A DNA stretch of 64,000 nucleotides from Candidatus Calditenuaceae archaeon HR02 (GTDB taxonomy: Archaea; Thermoproteota; Nitrososphaeria_A; Caldarchaeales; Calditenuaceae): NCBI GenBank assembly GCA_002898395.1, contig BEHE01000007.1, positions 22,872 through 86,871 on the forward strand. Reading direction: 5' to 3'. The notes beneath the pieces are model-generated. The model did no database searches and was not told the origin of the DNA. It was given only the letters and a program-made list of their open reading frames with translations. The stretch's first letter is position 1. Every line of letters starts with the position of its first letter. Below are positions 1-10,143 of the stretch, in pieces. Both the position numbers and the translations under genes were made by a program.

Positions 1-4
1 AAGC

Positions 5-2095
5 TTGGACAGGAAGGTTGGTGGTAAGGAGTTTTACGCCCCTCTCGCCGTGCTATTGATAGCTGTGGCAGTGACTTTCATGTCGAGGTCGCTACCCGCT
101 AGGTGGGGATTCATTTTGAGCGAGTTCGACCCCTGGTGGCACTTCAAGACCGCTTCCATGATCGTTGAGAGGGGGTGGGCAGGGTTCTTCGAGTTCTCCG
201 GACTCGTAGATAATAAGAGCTGGTATCCGACCGGCCTCCAGGTTGGCAAGACCTTCTATCCCGGAGTCTCATTCACCCTCGCATTCATCTATCTCGCCCT
301 CTCCTCCATCGGAGTCAATGTAGACTTAATCGAACTCGCGTCAACCCTACCGGTATTATATGGCATCTTAGCGGTAGTAGTCACATTCTTGCTAGCTAGG
401 TACGTTTTGGGGACAGGCCCAGCAATATCCTCGGCCCTGCTAATGTCCATAAGTTATGCACACATCTCTAGGACGCACCTTGGGTGGCTTGATGACGAGG
501 CGCTAGCTATCCCGCTCATGCATGCAGCCTTCCTGACATATCTCGCATCGATAAACGAGAAGAGGTCTATTAAGGGCTCCCTAGTCATGGGGCTGCTTAC
601 AGGGCTTCTCCTCGGCTACACCGGCGCTACATGGGGTGCACACAGGCTTCCAGTCATGATGGTCTTCCTGTTTACTGCGCTCCTAGTATTCATGGGCAGG
701 TATAGGAGGCAGCTTCTAGCGAGCTTCATACCACTACTCGCCTCAACGTCAATAATACTGTTGAGTGTCCCGAAGCTAGGCTTCTCGTACCTGTTTGAGA
801 TCACTCTCCTTTCAGGATATTTGTCACTGGCGTATGTTGTGTTGGCTGAAGTGCTCTACCGATATATAGGGTCTCAGAGAGCGGTAATAGCACTAAGGGG
901 GATTGCCATAGGGCTCATGTTGCTCGTAGCCGGCTTGGTTGTAGCCGAGGTTGCCAATCTTCCGGGGCTAAAATTCCTCTCAGTGGTTTTCCCCCAGCTA
1001 AGAGGCGAGCTGGTGATAATCGCCTCGGTAGCCGAGAACCAGGCCGCGACTTGGTCAACACTTTTCACAGACTTTGGACCAACGCTGATGTTGGTGCCTT
1101 TTGGAATCTACCTCCTCATCAAAAGGGCTGGAGACGGGGACATATTCTTCACACTCTACGCAGTCCTCTCACTGTACTTTGCCTCCTCGCTTGTCCGGCT
1201 GGCCCTACCCACCTCCCCCATCGTCGCCATCTTGGCTGGCTTTGTCTTAACAGAGATGCTTGCGCTCGCGTCTAGAAATCTTATCCAACCCCGTGGACCT
1301 AGGGTGAGAAAGACTGGTGAGAGGAGGTTTTTGATTACTGTCCCACTGATTATTATGGCTCTGATATCAATCTACTATCTCCCACAGGCGATGGGAAATA
1401 CTTGGGCATTCTCGTCCCTCGACGCTGCCTATACTCCCAGCACGATAACCTCCGCATCACTTCCAACAGGCAGGAACTTAGTATTGAATGACTGGGTGCG
1501 CGCGGTTGAGTGGATGAGGAACAACCTTCCAGACAACGCCGTTGTAGCAGCATGGTGGGACTATGGCAACTGGATATCAATAGTGGCTAACAGGACCTCG
1601 CTAGTAGATAACACGACAATAGACAGTCTAAGAATAGCAAAAGTAGGGTATGCATTCCTATCACCAACCAACGTTAGTCTAAGGATCTTCAAAGAGATGG
1701 GCGCGACACACGTTCTCATCTTCGTCACACATAGACCACAGACGGGGGCTGGAGACTATCCCAGGCTCCTCTACTATGGCGACGAGTCTAAATGGTTCTG
1801 GATGCTCCGCATAGCCAATCAGCATGCACGCCAGCTCGGGCTGGCTCCAATAGACGAGGTGGCGGTCCTCGGTCCCAATAGGGACCCGACGAACCCTACA
1901 GAAAAGTTCTGGACCGATACTACGCTCGGTAGACTGATACCGTTCAAGCCTAGGCAGACCACAGACGCATTCGGCAACACTGTAACTGCATACTATTATG
2001 AGGAGCCTAGGGTCGAGGGTTATAGGCTAGTGTTCGCATCCTCGGCACCTTACTCTAGCTTGGCGTACGTATACATCTATGAGATTACTGGTTAG
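5..2095 (+). CDS. aglB: Oligosaccharyltransferase AglB (STT3 family)
   Basis: Multi-TM protein with EFDPW, DDE, VAEN, WWDYG and DNTT motifs; start lies at the window edge. Confidence 0.93.
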   Translation: MDRKVGGKEFYAPLAVLLIAVAVTFMSRSLPARWGFILSEFDPWWHFKTASMIVERGWAGFFEFSGLVDNKSWYPTGLQVGKTFYPGVSFTLAFIYLALSSIGVNVDLIELASTLPVLYGILAVVVTFLLARYVLGTGPAISSALLMSISYAHISRTHLGWLDDEALAIPLMHAAFLTYLASINEKRSIKGSLVMGLLTGLLLGYTGATWGAHRLPVMMVFLFTALLVFMGRYRRQLLASFIPLLASTSIILLSVPKLGFSYLFEITLLSGYLSLAYVVLAEVLYRYIGSQRAVIALRGIAIGLMLLVAGLVVAEVANLPGLKFLSVVFPQLRGELVIIASVAENQAATWSTLFTDFGPTLMLVPFGIYLLIKRAGDGDIFFTLYAVLSLYFASSLVRLALPTSPIVAILAGFVLTEMLALASRNLIQPRGPRVRKTGERRFLITVPLIIMALISIYYLPQAMGNTWAFSSLDAAYTPSTITSASLPTGRNLVLNDWVRAVEWMRNNLPDNAVVAAWWDYGNWISIVANRTSLVDNTTIDSLRIAKVGYAFLSPTNVSLRIFKEMGATHVLIFVTHRPQTGAGDYPRLLYYGDESKWFWMLRIANQHARQLGLAPIDEVAVLGPNRDPTNPTEKFWTDTTLGRLIPFKPRQTTDAFGNTVTAYYYEEPRVEGYRLVFASSAPYSSLAYVYIYEITG

Positions 2096-2850
2096 CCGAT
2101 ATAGGAGGGTGCGCTCCCCCTCCGCTCCATCTCTTCAAAGAACCTACTAGCCTCTCTCAGAAGTTGCTGCTGCTTCTCTATCTCCGCGTCTAGCTTGGAC
2201 GTGTCAACGGGTATCCCGAGGTATCCTGACAGTATTGCCAAAACCTTCTTCGCCGAGGCTAGGTCTGGCGCGAGGCCCATAGTGTCTGATATTAAGAGAT
2301 CCATGGGTATGCGGTTCAGGTGGAACCGTAGCATCAGCGAGGATGTGAGTCTATCGACAGGCAGTGTTTCGATGTTCGTTGCAGCTTTTGCTCCTAGGCG
2401 GACCAGCCGTCTTACCCTCTCCATATCCGTGGATGATGCGTAGACCTCGCCTGAGGCATTGACCCTACCGCTTGTAAGGACTACAAGGGCGCTGATCTTT
2501 GACGAGGGGAGATAGTTGAGCAAGATCTCCGATACCTCTTCACCCACCTCGGTTGTCTCTATGATGAAGTTCCTCGTCACGATAAGTAGTGCTTGCCTCT
2601 GGTTTGTGCGAGGCCTCGCGAGGTAGACCTCAATCTTAGGTGGCGCGGCAACGCCTTCATTGTTTATCAAAGTGACTTGGGGGAAATGTGGTGAGAGGAT
2701 CTCCGCGGCCTTAATCGCCTCTAAGCTCTCCTGTAGGATGCTAGAAACGATGAGTGCGACAACCCCAGGCCCACCACCTGCATCTACGATGGTGTACTCT
2801 ACGTCGTCTATCGGTACTTGAGTAAGCTTATTAAGCCTCGTCTCCCTCAA
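2092..2850 (-). CDS. PAC2-family proteasome assembly chaperone-like protein
   Basis: GPGVVA N-terminal motif, PDLASAKKVL, 'VDTSKLDAE' coiled coil, C-terminal YIG. Confidence 0.7.
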   Translation of the reverse strand: MRETRLNKLTQVPIDDVEYTIVDAGGGPGVVALIVSSILQESLEAIKAAEILSPHFPQVTLINNEGVAAPPKIEVYLARPRTNQRQALLIVTRNFIIETTEVGEEVSEILLNYLPSSKISALVVLTSGRVNASGEVYASSTDMERVRRLVRLGAKAATNIETLPVDRLTSSLMLRFHLNRIPMDLLISDTMGLAPDLASAKKVLAILSGYLGIPVDTSKLDAEIEKQQQLLREASRFFEEMERRGSAPSYIG

Positions 2851-2992
2851 GCCCTGCCTTTAATCCTGATATACGGTCTATTAAATACATCAACGAGTCC
2901 CATGTTTTGTATAGGCTGGTCTTTTTATATCATATTTGTGTAGGTATATGCAGTTTAAATATATCGATAATAGGGACCTAATACGATGGTAC

Positions 2993-3838
2993 ATGAGCGA
3001 AGAGCAGGAGTTACCGGTTCTGGTTTCCACCGAGTGGGTTGCGAAAAACCTCAACAGACCCGATGTCCGTGTAGTTGAGGTCGACTATGACCCGCAGACA
3101 GCCTATTTTCAAGGACATGTGCGGGGGGCCGTCCTTTGGGACTGGAAAAAGGACATCAACGATCCTATAGAGAGGAACATCATCAGTAAGGAGGGGTTCG
3201 AGTCCCTCTGCTCGCGTAGCGGAATCTCAAATGACACCCACATAGTCCTTTACGGCGATTTCAACAACTGGTTTGCCGCCTTCGCATTCTGGGTTGCTAG
3301 ACTTTACGGCCACCAGAAGTTGAGTATAATGGATGGTGGTAGGAAAAAGTGGATAGCTGAGGAGAGGGAGCTTGTGAAGGAGGCCCCTAGCCCAGCCCCG
3401 ACCAGTTATAAGGTCACTAAGGTTCGATATGAGTATAGGATTCTTCTACCTGATGTCCGCGCAAGGCTCGGGAGCCCCACGGTAGCTTTAGTCGATGTGA
3501 GGTCGCCGGATGAGTATACTGGAAAAATCTTAGCTCCTCCCGAGTATCCTACAGAGCACGCGCAGAGGGGAGGCCACATTCCTGGCGCAGTAAACATACC
3601 GTGGGCACGGGCACTTAACGAGGACGGCACCTTCAAACCCATCGAGGAGTTGAGAAGGCTCTACCAAGGCATGGGAGTGACGCCTGATAAAGAGGTGATA
3701 ACCTACTGCAGGATTGGTGAGAGATCGTCCGTGACGTGGTTTGTTCTCAAGGAGTTGCTCAAGTATCCTAAAGTCAGGAACTATGATGGAAGCTGGAGCG
3801 AGTGGGGCAACGTAGTCGGCACACCAATAGAGAAATAA
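2993..3838 (+). CDS. Thiosulfate sulfurtransferase (tandem rhodanese)
   Basis: LVSTEWV, GHIPGA, active-site [17 protein letters not shown]; ATG 2993 chosen, downstream of a TTTAAATA box at ~2954. Confidence 0.95.
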   Translation: MSEEQELPVLVSTEWVAKNLNRPDVRVVEVDYDPQTAYFQGHVRGAVLWDWKKDINDPIERNIISKEGFESLCSRSGISNDTHIVLYGDFNNWFAAFAFWVARLYGHQKLSIMDGGRKKWIAEERELVKEAPSPAPTSYKVTKVRYEYRILLPDVRARLGSPTVALVDVRSPDEYTGKILAPPEYPTEHAQRGGHIPGAVNIPWARALNEDGTFKPIEELRRLYQGMGVTPDKEVITYCRIGERSSVTWFVLKELLKYPKVRNYDGSWSEWGNVVGTPIEK

Positions 3839-3863
3839 GCCGAGAGGGTAGTTATCCTAGGCT

Positions 3864-4541
3864 GTGGTGGAAGAAATCCAAGCCTGCGGCTTCTCGAGCA
3901 ACCACCTATACTTTCTCGAAGAGATGCTGTGGCTGAGCCCGATTCGGGACAGAGTTTTTAGAGTCGGAATACTACCAATTACTCAGACTCTTTGGGGTAA
4001 GGTAACCTCAGTAAGTGTTAAGCAGCCTGGTGACGAGGTTGCGGCGAACAGGGCTATCTGCCTTATAGAATCCCGTAGATTCTTAGGCAATGTCAGGGCT
4101 CCTTTCGACCTGAGGATAGAGCGCCTCAACATGGAGGCTGTTGAGCGGCCTTGGATTTTGCAGAGGGGCTTCGGCGAGGCTGCCTGGCTCTGCGAAGTGG
4201 CCGCCTTAGAGGATAATTGCTTGACCAGGCTGAAGAGTTGGAGCGAGATAAGGGGGGAGGTAGAGAGGATGATCAGCGAGAAGGGGATAATCTGTTTCAG
4301 AGAAGTGCCAGACTATGTACACGCCGCGATCGGGATTGACTGTAGCCAGCTACTTATGGTGCTCTCAGACAAACTTGAAGGTCTTCCTGAGGGAAGCATC
4401 ATCCACATAGTTGCCGACTATAATGAGGGGGCTGAGAAGGATTTGGAGAAGTGGAGCAGAATTACGGGGAACGAGGTGCTGGACTTTAGGGTAGAGAAGA
4501 GGCTTGCCCACGCGCTGATTCGCCGTAGGACCCAATTTTAG
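3864..4541 (+). CDS. GcvH/lipoyl-carrier-like domain fused to a TusA-like domain
   Basis: N-terminal 'RVGI..Q..GK..V..K..G.EV..IESRR..VRAP' H-protein pattern; C-terminal 'GIDC..EG..I.IVAD..A.KDL.KW..TGNE' TusA pattern. Confidence 0.75.
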   Translation: MVEEIQACGFSSNHLYFLEEMLWLSPIRDRVFRVGILPITQTLWGKVTSVSVKQPGDEVAANRAICLIESRRFLGNVRAPFDLRIERLNMEAVERPWILQRGFGEAAWLCEVAALEDNCLTRLKSWSEIRGEVERMISEKGIICFREVPDYVHAAIGIDCSQLLMVLSDKLEGLPEGSIIHIVADYNEGAEKDLEKWSRITGNEVLDFRVEKRLAHALIRRRTQF

Positions 4542-4586
4542 CTCAAGAATTAAACTTTTATTCCACGAGTCTCTTCTCCGTGGTGA

Positions 4587-5744
4587 ATGGTGCTACTGAA
4601 GAGTAGCCTTGGATATATGAACAGTGTTATGCAAAACCTCGCGGAGATAGATCTAAACCAGGCCGCGGAGCTGTACCGGGACCTTAAGTCAGCCGGAGTT
4701 ATTGTCCCACATGGAGAGGGAAGAAGTAAAGGGGCTGTAAGCATAATCTGCAGCGAGCTAGCGAAGATGGATCGTGGAAAGGTTGTAGTCGACAGAAGCG
4801 ATGTGGGTTTTCCTGATAGGAGTTTTGACCAAGCCGCGCCCAAGCTTAAGCAGAGATTCGGCAGAGTCAGCCTCCTGATACTTTCGGGTAGCGGAAGGTC
4901 GCTTATGCCCCTCGTCGATGCCCAGAAGCTAGCTCTTGCGATCTCAAGGTCTGAGAAGATGGGCGACTATACAATTGATGTTGTTACTAGTGATCCTGAC
5001 TCTCCTCTGGGAAAGCTTGGACAGAAGTATGGGTCATGCACCCGTGTTAAGGGGCGTACGGTCTCTGAGGAGAATTCCTCGACCTCTGAATTTAAGCAGT
5101 ATGGTATTCTCGAGGATGTCTTTATTCTTGGAGCCTCTGTTCTCCTCCAAGCTGTTGCCGAGTGTATCTACGAGGACAGCGACCCTCTCAACATCTCAGA
5201 GAAGATAAACCAGTTAATGGTCGAGACCAACGAGGTTGTAGAGAATGTGATAAGGTCTGACTTTATACATTGGATTGTGGAGCTGCTTGAGAGGAGGAAT
5301 ACATGCTTCTTGGCGGGGCTCGGAAGTAGTCAGGAAGTGGCTAGGATGACTGGCGTGAGGCTTGGGCATGTGAAGAGGGCGATTGGCGACCATGTATATG
5401 TTGCAGGAGACACTAATGTCCCGCCCCCGAGGGCCGGGGATGTCCTTATCGCGATTTCGCACAGCGGTGAGACCGAGGTTGTCGCCTCTTGGTGTAGGAC
5501 GTTTAAGAAGATGGGCGGGTATGTTGTCTCGGTAGTTGGTGCTAAGGATTCTACAATAGGCTCTCTATCAGACCAGACACTCTACATACCTTCTAGATAC
5601 TCGCCTGGCAGGCCTAACGACTTCTATCTCAAAGCGGCCTTCGCCACGAGCCCTCTCCCACTATACCTAGTCGACAGGCTACAGGAGAGGGGTCTTAAGC
5701 TTCCAGAATACATACTGCGCTGGTACCACTCGATAATGGCGTAA
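4587..5744 (+). CDS. Tandem SIS-domain sugar-phosphate isomerase-like protein (HxlB/Phi-like)
   Basis: Two SIS repeats: GEGRS...SGSGRS and GLGSS...AISHSGET. Confidence 0.75.
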   Translation: MVLLKSSLGYMNSVMQNLAEIDLNQAAELYRDLKSAGVIVPHGEGRSKGAVSIICSELAKMDRGKVVVDRSDVGFPDRSFDQAAPKLKQRFGRVSLLILSGSGRSLMPLVDAQKLALAISRSEKMGDYTIDVVTSDPDSPLGKLGQKYGSCTRVKGRTVSEENSSTSEFKQYGILEDVFILGASVLLQAVAECIYEDSDPLNISEKINQLMVETNEVVENVIRSDFIHWIVELLERRNTCFLAGLGSSQEVARMTGVRLGHVKRAIGDHVYVAGDTNVPPPRAGDVLIAISHSGETEVVASWCRTFKKMGGYVVSVVGAKDSTIGSLSDQTLYIPSRYSPGRPNDFYLKAAFATSPLPLYLVDRLQERGLKLPEYILRWYHSIMA

Positions 5745-5813
5745 CGCGTTAGTCTCGCATAGTAGGGCTGTTGGTTTTCTGTGTAGCGGGAGGCCTAATA
5801 GAGTCGGAGGCTG

Positions 5814-7007
5814 CTATTCCTTGAGTTCCCGAACAACCACTCGCCAAACGCCCAAGACAAGGATCGCGGCCACCAATGGCGGTATTGCTCCGAAGAGTAT
5901 GAAAACGCCTGCCCAGCCAATCATTGTAACATAGAGAGAGGTTAGTGGAGCGCCAAGCGCGACCCCTAGGAGGCTCGCTGACTGGTTGAGGCCGGAGCCA
6001 AGCCCCCTTACCTCTTTCGGTAGCGTTACCACGAGGTAGCTGGACGAGAAGATTATGGTTCCGAGGGCGAGGCCGAAGACTATTGCGGAGAGGGTGCGTG
6101 TAAGAGTTAAGCCTGCCCCAAACTCTAGTGCTAGCGCCGTGGTCATAGAGGCCAGTAGTCCGATGATGAGTGGCACTAGTGGTGTTCTTCTCCCGGCCAG
6201 CCTCGCTGATATAGGGAATATCGGGATTGAGACCGCAGTGGAGATGGCCATGAATAGTCCTATCTGGGCGGCTGCCCCCCTCTCGTCCAGCCCGAACCTG
6301 TCTATCAGTATTGTGGGGAGGGTGCCAACCACTCCTCCAATCAGCAGGTACATGCTCAGCATGCCAATCACAGACACGGCGACACGTCTCGCAAGAGCCC
6401 CACTCACCCGCGCTCCACCCCGCGCACTATCCCCAGAGACTGGTGGTGCGGGCAGGCCCCTTAGAGTTGCTATTAAGCTGGCTGCAACTAGTGCCCCAAC
6501 CACCGCGTAGACTGCTTGAAATCCTAGGGCCGAGACCAGGCCCGCCGAGGAGCCAGATCCTAGAACGATGGCCACGGCCACAAATATCCAGAAGAAGCTT
6601 AGGGGGCGTCCCACACCGCTGGAGAAGAGGTCGCCTATTAGGGCTAGGGCTGATGGGACTATGAAGGAGTCGAATACCGCGTGGAGAAACCTCGCAGTAA
6701 GGAGGATGCTCGGGGTTGGTGAGATCGCGTAGAGAGTCATTGCGAGAAGGTCGCCGAACATTCCTATCACCATAGCCCTCCTCCGTCCGAGGATATCGGA
6801 GAAATAGCCCGCGAAGACTATCATGGGTATGGCGACGATGGAGTAGGAGCCTGCTATGAGTCCTGCCCAGAATGCGTCGGCATTAAGGGCCCTCGCGTGA
6901 GCAGCTATAATAGGCGAGATCATCGACGTATCTATTAATGCGACGAAACCTACTGCGCCGAGGACAGCGTAAAGGCTCTTAGAGTATCCACCAATAACTT
7001 GGACCAT
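5814..7007 (-). CDS. MFS transporter
   Basis: ~12 hydrophobic helices, motif A GYFSDILGRR. Confidence 0.9.
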   Translation of the reverse strand: MVQVIGGYSKSLYAVLGAVGFVALIDTSMISPIIAAHARALNADAFWAGLIAGSYSIVAIPMIVFAGYFSDILGRRRAMVIGMFGDLLAMTLYAISPTPSILLTARFLHAVFDSFIVPSALALIGDLFSSGVGRPLSFFWIFVAVAIVLGSGSSAGLVSALGFQAVYAVVGALVAASLIATLRGLPAPPVSGDSARGGARVSGALARRVAVSVIGMLSMYLLIGGVVGTLPTILIDRFGLDERGAAAQIGLFMAISTAVSIPIFPISARLAGRRTPLVPLIIGLLASMTTALALEFGAGLTLTRTLSAIVFGLALGTIIFSSSYLVVTLPKEVRGLGSGLNQSASLLGVALGAPLTSLYVTMIGWAGVFILFGAIPPLVAAILVLGVWRVVVRELKE

Positions 7008-7088
7008 TTACGTAGAACCACCAATCAATATGATATAAACGTGTCTAAACCACGCCAGCTTAAAAGCAGCATTATAGAAAGTGGTGGC

Positions 7089-7117
7089 GAGGTGTGTGGA
7101 GCGTTTTAGCGTAGGCC
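7089..7117 (-). other. 3' arm of the 23S pre-rRNA processing stem (BHB)
   Basis: Pairs with 11643-11671: 16-bp outer helix, 3-nt bulges AAG/AAA, 4-bp central helix GGCG/CGCU. Confidence 0.9.
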
Positions 7118-7458
7118 ACGCCCGACCGTCTAAGCGGCTCGGGCGATTGGGAGTGGCGCGCTGAGGGCGTCCGGCCTAAGCCTCCGCCCGTACACGCCCA
7201 CCCCATCAACCCCCTCTTCTAGGGGAGCCCTCGTCGGGGCCCAAGGCCCGTTGCCAGGCCCTATAGGCCCCGATTGGCCGCCTATTTTTGGGAGTGGCTT
7301 CGGGCTTAGATGCTTTCAGCCCTTATCCACAGGGGCGCGGCTGCCCGGCGCCGCCCTGTAGGACGACCGGTAAACCGTTGGCCCCGGCCCTCCGTTCCTC
7401 TCGTACTAGGAGGACCTTTCCCTCAGGCGGCCCGCACCCCCAGTAGGTAGAAACCGAT

Positions 7459-7501
<43 letters not shown>

Positions 7502-8173
7502 AGGCGAGCAGCCTCACCCTTGGCCCCTGCTGCGAGGCCAGGAGGGGAAGAGCCGACATCGAGGTACCAAGCCGCGGGGTCGATGGGGACTCTCGCCCGC
7601 GACGAGCCTGTTATCCCTGGGGTAACTTTTCTGTCACCACCGGCCCCCACTGGTAGGAGCCGATGGATCGCTAGGCCCGGGTTTCCCCTCAGGACCCCTT
7701 GCGTTCGAGGGTCCTGTCAGGCCGGCTTATGCCCTTGCACTCTACAGCGGGTTTCTGTCCCGCCTGAGCCGACCTTTGGGCTCCTCCGATATCTTTTCGG
7801 AGGAGTGCCGCCCCAGCCAAACTGCCCACCAGCCGTTGTCCCAGGGTCAGGCCCTGGTTAGCGGGGCAGTCCGGAGTAGCCGGTGTTACATTGGCGCCTC
7901 CCCAGGCCCCCGGAGAGACCTGGATCGACGGCTCCCGGCTACGCTATGTACTCCAGACCACTCCGCAGCAACTGGCTGCAGTAAAGCTCCACAGGGTCTT
8001 CTCTCCCCACTGGGGGTTCGTGGACTGTTCGCCCACGTTATGTGGGTTCACGGGGCTCCGGGCCGGGACAGTGGGGCCCTCGTTGATCCATTCATGCACG
8101 TCGGAACTCACCCGACAAGGCATTTGGCTACCTTAAGCATGCCCGACCGAATGGTCGGGGTTGGACCATATCA

Positions 8174-8815
8174 TCACCCATTAAGGGTGCGCGGCGTATG
8201 GTCTCTGAGGATCCCGCCCTCAACTAATATTTTCCGGAGTTTCTCCGCCTTTTCAGGGTGTCTGAAACCCACCTTCTCCGAGAACTTCTCCACATTGTCC
8301 CACCCCATCACGGTTAGCCTCCATTGATAGTGTCTTCCCCATGTGTGGGGTTTTTTACGGTTATAGGTAGATGATATCTCGTTTAACTGCAGTATGTGGT
8401 GTGCCTCTACAAGCACTTTTTTCGCGACCATGTCGATGCTGACGTAGGGATAGCGAAACTTCTTCATGCCCTGAGTCTGAACATCTATCCCGCAGTATCC
8501 TTCACTGTCGAACAGCCCCTTCACGACGTCGATATCGTGTTTAAACAATTCCGGTATCTGCGCGCTGACGAGCTTCCGCCCCTTCGGGAACCCGATCCTC
8601 AACAAGAAGTCATGTACCTTCCTAACATTCGTGGAGACTATGTAGAGGCTTTTACTTGCGCGCCGTATGTTTGGCTTGACTCCGAAAAGCTCTTCAACCG
8701 TGGCGGCGATAAAGTTGGCGAACTCGAAGTTAGGGTCTCGGCAGAAGACCGTGTAATAGTTGCCGTAGACGCCTCCGTCTCCCAGCATCACTCCAATGAG
8801 GTAGGCTAGACTCAT
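8174..8815 (-). CDS. Intron-encoded double-motif LAGLIDADG homing endonuclease
   Basis: Motifs LAYLIGVMLGDG and VVKGLFDSEG; C-terminal F.EKVGF.HPEK. Confidence 0.9.
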   Translation of the reverse strand: MSLAYLIGVMLGDGGVYGNYYTVFCRDPNFEFANFIAATVEELFGVKPNIRRASKSLYIVSTNVRKVHDFLLRIGFPKGRKLVSAQIPELFKHDIDVVKGLFDSEGYCGIDVQTQGMKKFRYPYVSIDMVAKKVLVEAHHILQLNEISSTYNRKKPHTWGRHYQWRLTVMGWDNVEKFSEKVGFRHPEKAEKLRKILVEGGILRDHTPRTLNG

Positions 8816-8838
8816 CTGCTGTCCGCTGACCTTCAGCC

Positions 8839-8844
8839 TTTATA
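8839..8844 (-). promoter_or_regulatory. Putative TATA box for the intron endonuclease gene
   Basis: AAACAGC-TATAAA, ~24 nt upstream of ATG 8815. Confidence 0.55.
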
Positions 8845-9595
8845 GCTGTTTCACAGGGCGGTTTCCTGCGGGTCGGATTCACGGTGCTACGGGATTGTTA
8901 CCCGCGCGGGGTACCCATAGCCTCCTCCTTCCCCGCATACAGCCGCGTTTAACGACCCCCTTGAACTTGAGGGTCAGAGTTACCCCCGGCGCTAACCGGC
9001 CCTTATCCCGGTTGGACCCGGGGTTCAGGTACCGGTGCTGGCCAGGATTGAGGAGCCGTTCAAAGCCTTTCGGCCTAGCGGCTCCCTATGTTTTTATTAA
9101 ACAGTCAGGACCCCCTTGTCACTGCGACCTACCAACCCACCCTCACCGGGCAGGAAGGCAGGCACCCCTTCTCCCGAAGTTACGGGGCCAATTTGCCGAG
9201 TTCCCTAGCCCGGAGTAACCCCAGACGCCTTGGCCTTCTCAGCCAGGGGCACCTGTGTCGGATCTAGGTACGGTCTCTCGGGATCGTTCCGGGCTCCCTT
9301 TTCACTGGCCCCAGGGTCCAGCCGAAGCGGCCTTAAGGCCGCCCCATCCCTCCATTCACCTGGTTCTCGCCATTACGGCTCTCCCCAGGCTTGGGAGGTT
9401 AGACAGGGCTACGGCCCTGCTCGGCCTTACCTGAGGCGTCGGGAGCCCGGCTTGCGTCGCCGCACCTACCCGAGAGGCACCGGAATCTTAACCGGTTTCC
9501 CCTTCGGCCTACCCGGTTAAGGTCGGCCTTAGGACCGGCTTACTCCCGGCTGACGACGCATTGCCGGGAAACCCGTGCCCTTCCGGCGGAGGGGA

Positions 9596-10143
9596 TATGG
9601 GGAGAGGTCGCAGGACCGTGTTCTCCCAAAAAGCGAACAGGTCAAGAAGGAAGGTATTGTAAACTCTGATTGAAAGTGTCCCGAATTTTGAACGTGAACT
9701 CCGTAAGCCCCACCTAACTGAAGGCTTACGGAACTGTGATAATGGTATGTTTAACAAGTTAGACCAGTATTCCTCCAGTTCCTTCACCCTGTCCGTCCAC
9801 TCGTCCTTGCGGAGCTTGATTTGTAGCCTAGGCCTTAGCTCGCTTCTCGCTACTCCGAGTGTTTCGAGGAAGTTTACCATAGCGAGTAGCTTGTTAGGAT
9901 CGCTGTTGACGAATTCGAACCTCGTCTTCACAGTTTTAGGTCTTTTAGTGCCTTCACCAGCATAAAGACCAAGAACGTACCGAATAGCACCGCTGAGACG
10001 TAACGGCGAATCTTCATTGCGCCTACGCGGCCGTTCCCGTACTTGAACCGAAGAGTCACCTTATCGTCCTCTACGGTCTTCTTAAGTACTTTGGTGTGGT
10101 CTAACGTCTCCGGAATGAGCTCTGCTAGGTCTACGTAGCTCAT
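9596..10143 (-). pseudogene. Frameshifted single-motif LAGLIDADG endonuclease in the BHB intron
   Basis: ATG 10143 frame reads ..MKIRRYV; the -1 frame reads LSGAIRYVLGLYAGEG..FEFVNSDP; no stop before the intron end. Confidence 0.75.

Larger units (their letters stand above)
8138..8969 (-). other. Group I intron in 23S rRNA at position L1923 (832 nt)
   Basis: Removal restores GTAACTCTGACCCT|CTTAAGGTAGCC; 5' exon ends in U paired with IGS GGGGTC; terminal G; P/Q/R/S elements; P7 GACCA/TGGTC; P3 GCGGC/GCCGC. Confidence 0.9.

Noticed and set aside
2092-2110. HbYX proteasome-gating motif in the PAC2-like protein
   Set aside because: It ends in YIG; Tyr is not penultimate
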